A DNA stretch of 64,000 bases, taken from contig CAXXGJ010000018.1 of NCBI GenBank assembly GCA_963677895.2, forward strand, positions 256,001 to 320,000. Direction: 5' to 3'. The notes beneath the pieces were generated by a model. The model made no database searches, had not been told where the DNA came from, and saw only the letters and a program-made list of their open reading frames with translations. Positions 29,451 to 37,474 of this stretch are shown one piece after another; the stretch's first letter is position 1, and every line of letters starts with the position of its first letter. The position numbers and the translations under genes are program-made. Source of the stretch: Treponemataceae bacterium. GTDB lineage: Bacteria > Spirochaetota > Spirochaetia > Treponematales > Rectinemataceae.

Positions 29451-32400
29451 TCAGCGTTCCGATGGATCGAGGGCGGTTATTCCCGGGAGCGATAGCCGCT
29501 CCAGATATTCGAGGAACGCGCGGGGACCCGAGGAAATATGGAGATTGAGGAAGTCCGGAATATCCGATTGCTTTTCTTCCTCGCTGCATACGATCGTCAG
29601 CGCGCCGCGCCGAATGGCTTTATGCAAGGCGGTCTTGTCGGCGGCGATGTTCCTTTGCGTCCTGTTTCCCCGGCCTGGAATCAGTTCTTCGAGATGAGCC
29701 TGTCCTGACCAGAGAATGGTCTTTGCCCCATCGAGCTTTCGAGCCAGCAGTTCCAGACCCTCCCTGCCGTCCATTTTCCCTTCCATCGTCATGATCAACT
29801 TGTCGGGGTAAGAGACTTTGAACGCGTCCATCATCGCCTGGGCAGCCTGCGGCGCGGAACGGATTGCCTGTTCCTCTCCTTCCGCGTCCAAGCCTTCCAG
29901 GGTGATGATCGCCAAGGAATCGACCCTGGGCAGCAATGCCGCCATGACGCCGAATTGGGCCCTCGTTTCCCTGCCGGCGAAAACGGCGATGAAGGGTCTC
30001 GGTGGATTTTCCAGGAGGGTCTCCAGTATCGCCAGCTCCTTGGCCACCATTGGGCCCGCGAGGCGGTGATCGACGAATTTGGGGACGCCCGTGATGCTCG
30101 CATGGCGCCGATGGCAGACGTTGAACGCGTCGTTGACATACCATCCATCGGAGAGGGCGGCGAGGGAGCGCGAAAAAGCCTCGTCATTGTCCCGCTCGCC
30201 CGTGGCGAAACGAAGATTCTCCAGAAGGTTTACAGCGCCGGGGACAATGTCCTTTTTCGTGATGAGGAGGCCGGATGCGGCCACGCTCGTCTTATGGAAC
30301 ACAAGCGGTTTGCCAAGCTGCTGTCCAAGCGCTTCCGCGATAGGCCCGAGGCTGAAATCGCGGGATATTTCTTCCCTGGTGAGTCGCGCGTCGAGACCGG
30401 CGCCCGGATCGCCGAGATGGGAACAGACAATGGGCGTCCCTCCCTTGGCGAGGATCGATTCCAGCGTCGGTGCGATTTGCCGGATGCGCTGCATGCTGCT
30501 TGTCTTCCCGCGGCGGATCTCCACATTCACGTCCACCCGTACGAGGACGAATCCTCCATTGAAGGAATCCACTTTGCCGAGATCGGCTCTGTGGAGATTC
30601 GTCTCGCGATGGAGGCGGGTCAGTTCGGAATCGATAAGGCTCCTGACGACCTGGGCTGCCCCGGCCGCCGTCGGGCAGCGCCCGACGGCGGCGCTCACCG
30701 TGGCGAGCGGAAGGAAAAACTCGGAAATGGGCGCGATGCCCCGATATACCGCCCCGGTGTTTCCGTCGGCCGTCACGCGTTCCCCCTCGCGCAGGACGGC
30801 ATCACCCGCGGCGTGGAAGATCACCAGGCTTTTTTCATAATCGATTTCCACGTCGTCGCAGCCGACGATGCATGGCTTATTCATGGACATCGCGGTGATG
30901 GCCGCGTGCGACGTCCTCCCCGGGTAGACGGTCACGATGGCGTGAGCGCCGTTCATCACGTCGAAATCCGTGGGTTTCGTGTTGTAGGCGATATAGACGA
31001 CGCTTTCTCTTCTCGCGGTCGCTTCCTTGAGGCGCGCCTCGCTGAGCACGAGGGTTCCCGAAACGACGCCGCCGTTGATCGGCACGCCGACGCTGAGCGG
31101 CGGATTCCATCGCCTCGAGCGGAAATCGGCGCGAGGCAGAGCGGCGTTCGCGTACGCCATCTCGAGCCGATCGATCCTCGACCTGTATTCGGTCAAATCG
31201 ATGATGCTTCGACCGAGAAAGTCCGTATCGGCGACGAGCTGCGCGAAGGCTCCCAGTCTGGCCGCCCTGGCCTGAAGAAAAAAGAGGTCGCCGTTTTCGA
31301 CCGTGAATTCCAGGTCCAAATCCTGCCGGTAATGTTCGATGAGCAGCTTTTTCGCGCGTTCCAGTTTTTCGCCGATTTTAGGATCAAGCCTGGATATGGG
31401 TTCCGTATTGGCGCTTCCCATGACCACTTCCTCGCCCTGGGCCATCCTCTTGAATTCCCCAAAAAGCTCGTCGTCCCCGGTGATGGGGTTCCGCGTGATC
31501 AGTACGCCGCTCAGGGATTTCTGGTTCAGGTTCCCGAAAGCCAGTTGCTGGACCGTCACCGCCGTCTCGGCATTGACGTTGGCCGCCAGCGTTCGGGAAT
31601 AGGCGTTCACCGCCCTGGATCTTCTCGATCCATAGACAAGCCCGACGCAGCGCAGAAGCTGTTCCTCCGGATCGATGAGGAAACGTTGGCCGAGCGCCTC
31701 CGCCAGACGCGCCTCCATCGCCTCAACCGCGCTTTCCTCTTCTTTTCCTGCCTGGCCGGCGCCCGCATCGCCGTCCAATTCCGTATCGCCATCAATGCCT
31801 TCATCGCTGTCCAAACCTGACATAAGATCCAAAGCCGACAGGCAGTTTTCCAGAAAACGGCGATAGAGCGAGGCGGTGAGATGGACGCCCCTCCGCTTCT
31901 CCATATGAACGCGTACATCGGGGCTCCATCCAACATTGAGGATAGTCGCCATGACTCCGGGCATGGAAGTGGGAGCGCCCGAACGGACCGATACGAGCAG
32001 TGGATGCTCTGGATCGCCAAGCTTTCGTCCGCTTTGTTCCTCAAGTTCCTTCACTTTTTCGCGGATGGCTGCGGTGAGTACTTCCTTGAGGGCTCCATCA
32101 GTATCCCAGCCGGCGAAGAAAGGGAAGCCGAGCACGAAGGCCGGAGGGACATGAAGTCCCAATCGCGCCATATCGATGATGCTGTTGCCTTTGCCGCCCA
32201 ACGAGGCCCTGATGCTCTCGTCCGCTTCCTTCCATGTCGCGGCGATGAAGGATTGCTGATCCAGCTCGAGGCCGGCCTTGCCCGTGCTAAGGTCGGCGTA
32301 CAGCTGCCTGTCGTCCGTCTGGCGTTCCAGCTCCCTGTCCACGGCCGCCGCCACTTTTTCGGTGAATTCGCTCAACACGTGTATCTGGGTGCGGCGGATG

Positions 32401-33599
32401 AAGTTGTTGAAGAAGCGGGTTTTTATGGGGGAAAGCTTGGATGTGGGAACCTCGTACTCTTCCAGGGTTCTGTTCAGTATGCCGCTCATCTTGTCGATGA
32501 TGTCCGACTGCAGATAGTGCTGCAGTTCGTTGCATATGGATCCCAGGCAACGTTTCGCCTTGATGAAATCGTATACGGACGATTCGCGAAGTTCGTCGAT
32601 TTCGGCCTGATGGGCTTCGACATCGCCTATCGCGAGCCCTTTTATGCTGGAGATATTGAGCAGTTCGCGCATGACCGCCAGCGTGTCCCGGAGATTGCGG
32701 GGGGTGACCTCCGCGAAGTGGTTGTTCGTCAGATCGTTCGCGAGCAGGAAGACGAGCCTGCCCAGCGACAGGTCCAGGAGCAGGAAATCGTAGAGGCTTA
32801 TCCGCGATTCGTGGAATGATTCCTTGAGGTAATGTTTGAAGCTCGCCAGACGCTTCAGGAGATCGAGTTCGAGATAGGGCTTGGCCAGGTTGTCCGGCGT
32901 GAGCATTTCGAGAAAACCCTTCACTTCGGCCTTGAGGAAGCATCGTTCAAAAAGGTCCAGATTCTGCTCAAGCTGCCGCTTGACGGACGCGAGGTTTCCC
33001 TTCTCATAGTCCCATAGATAATTCAAGCGCTCCAGAAGATCTTCGGCGAGCTCGATGAAATGGTTGCCTTCGTTTTCGGCGGAGAAGAGCCGCGGCAAGG
33101 CCACGTAACCCGCCTTCACCATCGGTTCGGGATTCCCATGCTTTGCCAACTGAAGGTAAGGCAGAAGGTAGCCATGGATGATTCTGGGCGAAAGGCGCCG
33201 GTGGACTTCTTTACGCAGGTCTCCGGCGAAGCCCAGAAGGGGGTCGTCCTCGCTGCGCTCCTCTTCGAAGGCTTCGGCCGTCGCGCGGATCTGCTCTATC
33301 ATCTCCTCGGCGTCCTGGCGCAGAGGCAGTTTCTTGAGCACCTCGCGGGCATAATAGATGAAGTTCGCCGATGGCTGACTTACCGCCGCGAGCATTTCCC
33401 TCGCTTCCCTTTCTATGTCGGCGTAAAGGGTTTCGATATCGCCCTTCTTCTGCCTCATGTCGGGAACGCATTCGTCCTGTCCCAGGAGGCGGAGATTGAT
33501 AAGGAGTTCTATGAGAAGCTTGATCCGCTCCGTTTCGCCGGAAACTGAGCGGACAAGACGCAGGTGGGAGATTATGCTTTCCCATGTGTTGAGTCGCAG
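29451..33599 (-). CDS. Multidomain dikinase-like protein: helical (GWD-like) region + PPDK ATP-grasp + phospho-His swivel + phosphoglycerate kinase-like domain
   Basis: PPDK motifs LGGKG, PLLVSVRSGA..SMPG, TRNPITG, AQGEEVV, DLEFTVE.G.LFFLQAR and GRTSHAA; PGK motifs RVDVNV, SHLG, LLENLRF, NDAF...HR.HAS and LEYLE..LPG. The start is trimmed from the track's 33893, which overlaps the opposite gene, to a CTG downstream of a promoter and SD. Confidence 0.85.
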   Translation of the reverse strand: MRLNTWESIISHLRLVRSVSGETERIKLLIELLINLRLLGQDECVPDMRQKKGDIETLYADIEREAREMLAAVSQPSANFIYYAREVLKKLPLRQDAEEMIEQIRATAEAFEEERSEDDPLLGFAGDLRKEVHRRLSPRIIHGYLLPYLQLAKHGNPEPMVKAGYVALPRLFSAENEGNHFIELAEDLLERLNYLWDYEKGNLASVKRQLEQNLDLFERCFLKAEVKGFLEMLTPDNLAKPYLELDLLKRLASFKHYLKESFHESRISLYDFLLLDLSLGRLVFLLANDLTNNHFAEVTPRNLRDTLAVMRELLNISSIKGLAIGDVEAHQAEIDELRESSVYDFIKAKRCLGSICNELQHYLQSDIIDKMSGILNRTLEEYEVPTSKLSPIKTRFFNNFIRRTQIHVLSEFTEKVAAAVDRELERQTDDRQLYADLSTGKAGLELDQQSFIAATWKEADESIRASLGGKGNSIIDMARLGLHVPPAFVLGFPFFAGWDTDGALKEVLTAAIREKVKELEEQSGRKLGDPEHPLLVSVRSGAPTSMPGVMATILNVGWSPDVRVHMEKRRGVHLTASLYRRFLENCLSALDLMSGLDSDEGIDGDTELDGDAGAGQAGKEEESAVEAMEARLAEALGQRFLIDPEEQLLRCVGLVYGSRRSRAVNAYSRTLAANVNAETAVTVQQLAFGNLNQKSLSGVLITRNPITGDDELFGEFKRMAQGEEVVMGSANTEPISRLDPKIGEKLERAKKLLIEHYRQDLDLEFTVENGDLFFLQARAARLGAFAQLVADTDFLGRSIIDLTEYRSRIDRLEMAYANAALPRADFRSRRWNPPLSVGVPINGGVVSGTLVLSEARLKEATARRESVVYIAYNTKPTDFDVMNGAHAIVTVYPGRTSHAAITAMSMNKPCIVGCDDVEIDYEKSLVIFHAAGDAVLREGERVTADGNTGAVYRGIAPISEFFLPLATVSAAVGRCPTAAGAAQVVRSLIDSELTRLHRETNLHRADLGKVDSFNGGFVLVRVDVNVEIRRGKTSSMQRIRQIAPTLESILAKGGTPIVCSHLGDPGAGLDARLTREEISRDFSLGPIAEALGQQLGKPLVFHKTSVAASGLLITKKDIVPGAVNLLENLRFATGERDNDEAFSRSLAALSDGWYVNDAFNVCHRRHASITGVPKFVDHRLAGPMVAKELAILETLLENPPRPFIAVFAGRETRAQFGVMAALLPRVDSLAIITLEGLDAEGEEQAIRSAPQAAQAMMDAFKVSYPDKLIMTMEGKMDGREGLELLARKLDGAKTILWSGQAHLEELIPGRGNRTQRNIAADKTALHKAIRRGALTIVCSEEEKQSDIPDFLNLHISSGPRAFLEYLERLSLPGITALDPSER

Positions 33600-33618
33600 A
33601 GCGCCGCCCCCTGCTTTC

Positions 33619-33662
33619 ACTATGGAGAAAGGGCTTGCCCTTGTCAACAATTGGTGTATAAG
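33619..33662. promoter_or_regulatory. Divergent overlapping promoters (dikinase fusion / M24 gene)
   Basis: Minus strand: TTGACA (33647-33642)-N17-CATAGT (33624-33619). Plus strand: TTGCCC (33635)-N16-TATAAG (33657). Confidence 0.55.
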
Positions 33663-33680
33663 TAAGGCTAGGAGGGTAAA

Positions 33681-34805
33681 TTGAAGATTCCGTTCGATCC
33701 TTCCAAACTGAACGATCTCATGAACGAGGCTGATGTTTCCCTTGTCATCGCGAACACGCGCCATAATGTCCGCTATGTAACGGGCGGCTACTATTATCAT
33801 TTTCACGCCAATTCCCAACGCATGGCCAGAAGCCAATACCTGCCCTTCGCGGGAATTCCGCGCGATGCTTACGAGAACGCTTTCTACATTCAAAGACCGG
33901 ACGAGGGCGGCCAGATCAGCGCGGAGGGACTCTGGATTCCGAATCGCCTGGAAGCGATCCGCGGCACGCTCACTTCAGCCGCCGTCCTTTCCAAACACAT
34001 CAGGAAGCTGTGGCTGTCCGATACCCGGATCGCGCTGGAAATGCCCTTTTTCCCTGCCGATGCCTTCCTCGCCCTGCGCGATGAACTTCCTCATGCCGAG
34101 TTCGTCGATGCCACACCCATATTCGAGGAGCTGCGGGCGAGAAAGAGCAAGGAAGAATTGGACATCATGCGACGAGCCTACGCGAGCCTGGCCGAAGCCA
34201 TTCATTCGACTTTTCTCGCCGCTCGACCGGGGGAAACCACGATGGAGATTTCCCGACGCGTGGAAATCGAAATCGCCGAAAGGGGCTTGTCCTTCCTTTT
34301 CGCTCTCGTATGCGCCGGGCCGGGTTTCCTTCGGGCCCCTTCCTCCGCGCGATGGGAGACTGGGCAGATTCTTCATATCGATGCGGGCGGCTCCGATCGC
34401 GACTACATCGCCGACATTTGCCGCATGGCATGCATTGGCGACCCCTCGCCCCTGGCCCGCGACCTCCATCGGGCATGCATCGAAGTGCAGGATCGCGTCA
34501 GGGCAAGGGTCAAGCCGGGGCTTCGCTGCAGGGAGCTTCTCGCCATGGGCGAAAAGGCCTCCTCCATGTATTCCTTCTCCCGTTACGCCCGTTTCGTCGT
34601 CCACGGCATCGGCATGGTGCCCTACGAGCAGCCGGTTTTCCTTCCCCTGAACGAAAGACCGCTCGAGCCGGGCATGGTTCTGTCGATTGAGACCGATTTC
34701 ATCCATCCGGATGTCGGGCACGTAAAAATCGAGGACGCGGTGGCCGTAACCGAAACCGGCTGCGAAGGTTTGGGCGATGCCGGCCGGGATTGGACGATAA
34801 TCTGA
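33681..34805 (+). CDS. M24 family (Xaa-Pro peptidase / creatinase-like) metallohydrolase
   Basis: Creatinase_N-like start (NVRYVTG); ligands HIDAG, ADICR, HGIG, SIET and KIED; TTG after GGAGG. Confidence 0.88.
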   Translation: MKIPFDPSKLNDLMNEADVSLVIANTRHNVRYVTGGYYYHFHANSQRMARSQYLPFAGIPRDAYENAFYIQRPDEGGQISAEGLWIPNRLEAIRGTLTSAAVLSKHIRKLWLSDTRIALEMPFFPADAFLALRDELPHAEFVDATPIFEELRARKSKEELDIMRRAYASLAEAIHSTFLAARPGETTMEISRRVEIEIAERGLSFLFALVCAGPGFLRAPSSARWETGQILHIDAGGSDRDYIADICRMACIGDPSPLARDLHRACIEVQDRVRARVKPGLRCRELLAMGEKASSMYSFSRYARFVVHGIGMVPYEQPVFLPLNERPLEPGMVLSIETDFIHPDVGHVKIEDAVAVTETGCEGLGDAGRDWTII

Positions 34806-34914
34806 TCGCCCCTTTTTGCCCATGCTCGCTATGTCGCTTTTATATAAATAATTAATTAACGATAGATCTCATTCAACTTCTCGCGTAAAACTTTTATTAA
34901 AAAAAATCTTTTTG

Positions 34915-34967
34915 TTGACAATCCGGGAAAGCGGGGTGAGAATGCTGGTAATGTATCAGCGATATAT
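34915..34967 (+). promoter_or_regulatory. Promoter plus palindromic operator upstream of gntR
   Basis: TTGACA (34915)-N17-GAGAAT (34938), preceded by an AT-rich UP element; ATGTATC-AGC-GATATAT at 34951-34967. Confidence 0.55.
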
Positions 34968-34989
34968 CGGCCGGACTTTGGTGGATGGA

Positions 34990-35039
34990 CATGAGGATTC
35001 ATGAGGATACATGAAGATACATGAGGATACATGAGGATA
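34990..35039 (+). repeat. 5 x 10-bp tandem repeat, consensus CATGAGGATA
   Basis: catgaggatt catgaggata catgaagata catgaggata catgaggata. Confidence 0.95.
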
Positions 35040-35044
35040 ACGAA

Positions 35045-35737
35045 ATGGGCGAAATAGGTACCGTTCTGGAAAAACCGATGAGCAAGGTAAGCAAAAAGCT
35101 TCAGGTCTACGACATTTTAAAAAAACAGATCGTGCATAACGAGCTCAGGCCCCAGCAGTATCTGAACGAACAGGAGCTTTGCGAGAATCTTGGGGTCAGC
35201 AAGACACCGGTCAGGGAAGCCCTCCAGCAGCTCGAACGGAATCGGCTCGTGGTCATCATCCCCAATAAAGGTTGTTTCGTTTCGACCATCAGCCTCGATC
35301 TCATCCGCGAGGTCTTCGAGATTAGGGAAATCTATGAAAGCGCCGCGGCGCGCATAGCGGCCAGCCTGGATGACAGAAGTCAGTTCGAGGATATTTTTCA
35401 CAACCACGAATCCTTCCGGCTGGAAGATATCGAAAGCGTGAGAAAGTCCCTCCTCTCCGGCTACCATATACACGAGATCATAGTAAACGCGGCGGGCAAC
35501 AGTTTCCTGACCGAATATTACGGAAACATTCTGGATCACATCGTCCGCATACGCATCAATTTCATGTCCAACTTCGACGCCAAACGCCTGCACGAGACCT
35601 GCGAGGAGCATAGGGCCATTCTCAGGGCGATTATCGACGGAAATCCCGACGCGGCGGAGAAAGCGATGAGGAATCATCTGCAGCGCTCGCTCATAACGAT
35701 AGATAAGCTGGTCGGAAATACAAGGGGGAAGATATGA
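35045..35737 (+). CDS. GntR family regulator (FadR/FCD)
   Basis: wHTH LCENLGVSKTPVREAL and FCD motifs H..I...AGN, EH..I and M..HL. Alternative starts are 35021 and about 35078. Confidence 0.92.
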   Translation: MGEIGTVLEKPMSKVSKKLQVYDILKKQIVHNELRPQQYLNEQELCENLGVSKTPVREALQQLERNRLVVIIPNKGCFVSTISLDLIREVFEIREIYESAAARIAASLDDRSQFEDIFHNHESFRLEDIESVRKSLLSGYHIHEIIVNAAGNSFLTEYYGNILDHIVRIRINFMSNFDAKRLHETCEEHRAILRAIIDGNPDAAEKAMRNHLQRSLITIDKLVGNTRGKI

Positions 35738-36408
35738 CCCATGTCCTGAAAGCCGTAAACGACCTGGACCCGGCGATGATCGAGGCTTTCAGCCGGCTCG
35801 ATGTGGCGACCGTGTACGAAGCGTCCGGAAGAAAAGGCTTTGTGGAAAAGGCTATTAGGCCCGCCGCGCGCGGCGACCGGATTTGCGGTCCGGCTTATAC
35901 GGTGCAATGCGCGCCAGGCGACAATCTGATGCTCCACAAGGCTCTCCAGAGGGCTCCCGCGGGTTCCGTCATCGTGGCGAGCGTCGGCGGCGCGGGCGAT
36001 TACGGTTATTGGGGCGGCCTCATGGCCACCGCGGCCGTGGCGCGCGGCATTCAGGGACTGGCTATCGACGGCTGCATACGCGATTCGGCCGAAATTGCCA
36101 AGATGGGCTTTCCCGTCTTCTGCCGGGGCTTCTGCATCAGGGGCACGGTAAAATCCACGATGGGCATCATCAACTATCCCGTGAATTTCGGTCAGATGAC
36201 CGTTTTCCCCGGCGATCTCATCCTTGGGGACGAAGACGGCATGGTGATCGTGCGAGCTTCCGAATGCAGGGAAGTGCTCGAAAAATCCCTGAAGCGAGTG
36301 GAGTTCGAGGAAGGCAAGGCGGCGCAGCTCAAAAGCGGCGTAAGCAGCGTCGAGCTGAACAGTCTCGGGAAGGTGTTTGAGTCTCTGGGTTTAGTGGAAG
36401 AAGAGTGA
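35734..36408 (+). CDS. RraA-like 4-hydroxy-4-methyl-2-oxoglutarate aldolase family
   Basis: GPAYTV, GDNLMLH, WGGLM, IDGCIRD and PGDLILGDEDG. Confidence 0.88.
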   Translation: MTHVLKAVNDLDPAMIEAFSRLDVATVYEASGRKGFVEKAIRPAARGDRICGPAYTVQCAPGDNLMLHKALQRAPAGSVIVASVGGAGDYGYWGGLMATAAVARGIQGLAIDGCIRDSAEIAKMGFPVFCRGFCIRGTVKSTMGIINYPVNFGQMTVFPGDLILGDEDGMVIVRASECREVLEKSLKRVEFEEGKAAQLKSGVSSVELNSLGKVFESLGLVEEE

Positions 36409-36415
36409 GGCTGAT

Positions 36416-37465
36416 ATGAGAATAGCCGAAGGCTTGCTTCGCGATGCGGCCAAAGAAATCCTGATCGGGCTTGGCGAGGAAGAAGGCAACGCCGAAATCG
36501 CCGCCGAAATCCTGGTTCGATCCGATATGCGCGGCGTAAGCACTCATGGAGTCAACCTTCTTCGGCAGATCTGCAAGCGAGCGGCCGCTGGGATGCTCAA
36601 AATACCTACGAAGGTGGAAATTGTCAGGGAAGACGCCGCCACGGCCGTTCTCGATGGAAACGACGGACTTGGTCAGGTAGCCGGCTATCGCGCTTTGCGC
36701 ATGAGTGTCGAAAAAGCGAAGGGCAGCGGCCTTGGCATGGTTGCCCTGAGACACACGAACAACGTCGGCGCCCTGGGCTACTATACCTCCACGGCGGCTT
36801 CATCATATGGCGTGATTTCGATCTGCATGACCAACGGTAATCCCTCAGTGGCACCTTTTGGAAGCGCCGATCCCTTCTTCGGGACGAACCCGCTTTCCGT
36901 AGGCATCCCTCTAGCGGGCGGAAAACCTATCGTTCTCGACATGTCATCGAGCGTCGTGGCCCGGGGCAAGATCAGGCTGGCCGCCCTGAGCGGCGAAAGC
37001 ATTCCTCTGGGCTGGGCTTGCGACGAGACGGGGGCTCCCACGACGGATCCCAACAAGGCGCTCAATGGTTCCTTGCTGCCGCTTGGCGGCCCTAAAGGCT
37101 CGGGTCTTGCCATGATCATCGACATCATGTCCGGCATCCTCACCGGATCCTCATACGGTCTGAAATTGAAGAGTTTCCATGAGCTCGAAGGTCCCACGGG
37201 GGTGGGAGCGAGCTTTATCGCCATCGATATCGCGCGGTTCATCGATCCCGGGCTTTTCGCCGGGAATGTCCAGGCCTATGCCGAGGAGATCAGGAGCCTC
37301 CGCAAGCAGCCGGGAACCGAGGCGATTCTCCTGCCGGGCGAAGTGGAATTCATGAAGGAAGAAAAGAGCCGGATTTCCGGAATCGAAGTGCCAGAGGCTG
37401 TGGCCAAGGCGATCGATGAAATCCTGGTCAAATCGGGCAGCGCTATCCGAATAGCGGCGGAGTGA
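36416..37465 (+). CDS. Ldh_2 family (malate / L-lactate / sulfolactate / ureidoglycolate-type) dehydrogenase
   Basis: D.RGVSTHG, GTNPL, DMSSS, GGPKGSGL and LPGE. Confidence 0.88.
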   Translation: MRIAEGLLRDAAKEILIGLGEEEGNAEIAAEILVRSDMRGVSTHGVNLLRQICKRAAAGMLKIPTKVEIVREDAATAVLDGNDGLGQVAGYRALRMSVEKAKGSGLGMVALRHTNNVGALGYYTSTAASSYGVISICMTNGNPSVAPFGSADPFFGTNPLSVGIPLAGGKPIVLDMSSSVVARGKIRLAALSGESIPLGWACDETGAPTTDPNKALNGSLLPLGGPKGSGLAMIIDIMSGILTGSSYGLKLKSFHELEGPTGVGASFIAIDIARFIDPGLFAGNVQAYAEEIRSLRKQPGTEAILLPGEVEFMKEEKSRISGIEVPEAVAKAIDEILVKSGSAIRIAAE

Positions 37466-37474
37466 GAGAGAAGG

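Noticed and set aside
29955..31820. 621-aa plus-strand ORF
   Set aside because: Antisense to the motif-rich dikinase fusion, with no family signature.
29451..33599. Annotation as ordinary ppdK or pgk, or as a frameshift fusion of two genes
   Set aside because: The pyruvate-binding barrel is absent, the PGK ATP-site motifs are lost, and the frame is continuous with a plausible helical linker.
33600..33893. N-terminal 98-aa extension of the 1480-aa ORF
   Set aside because: It overlaps the divergent M24 gene and the promoter region, so it is treated as non-coding read-through.
34990..35039. Tandem repeat as a CRISPR array
   Set aside because: The units are 10 bp with no spacers, and there are no cas genes in the window.
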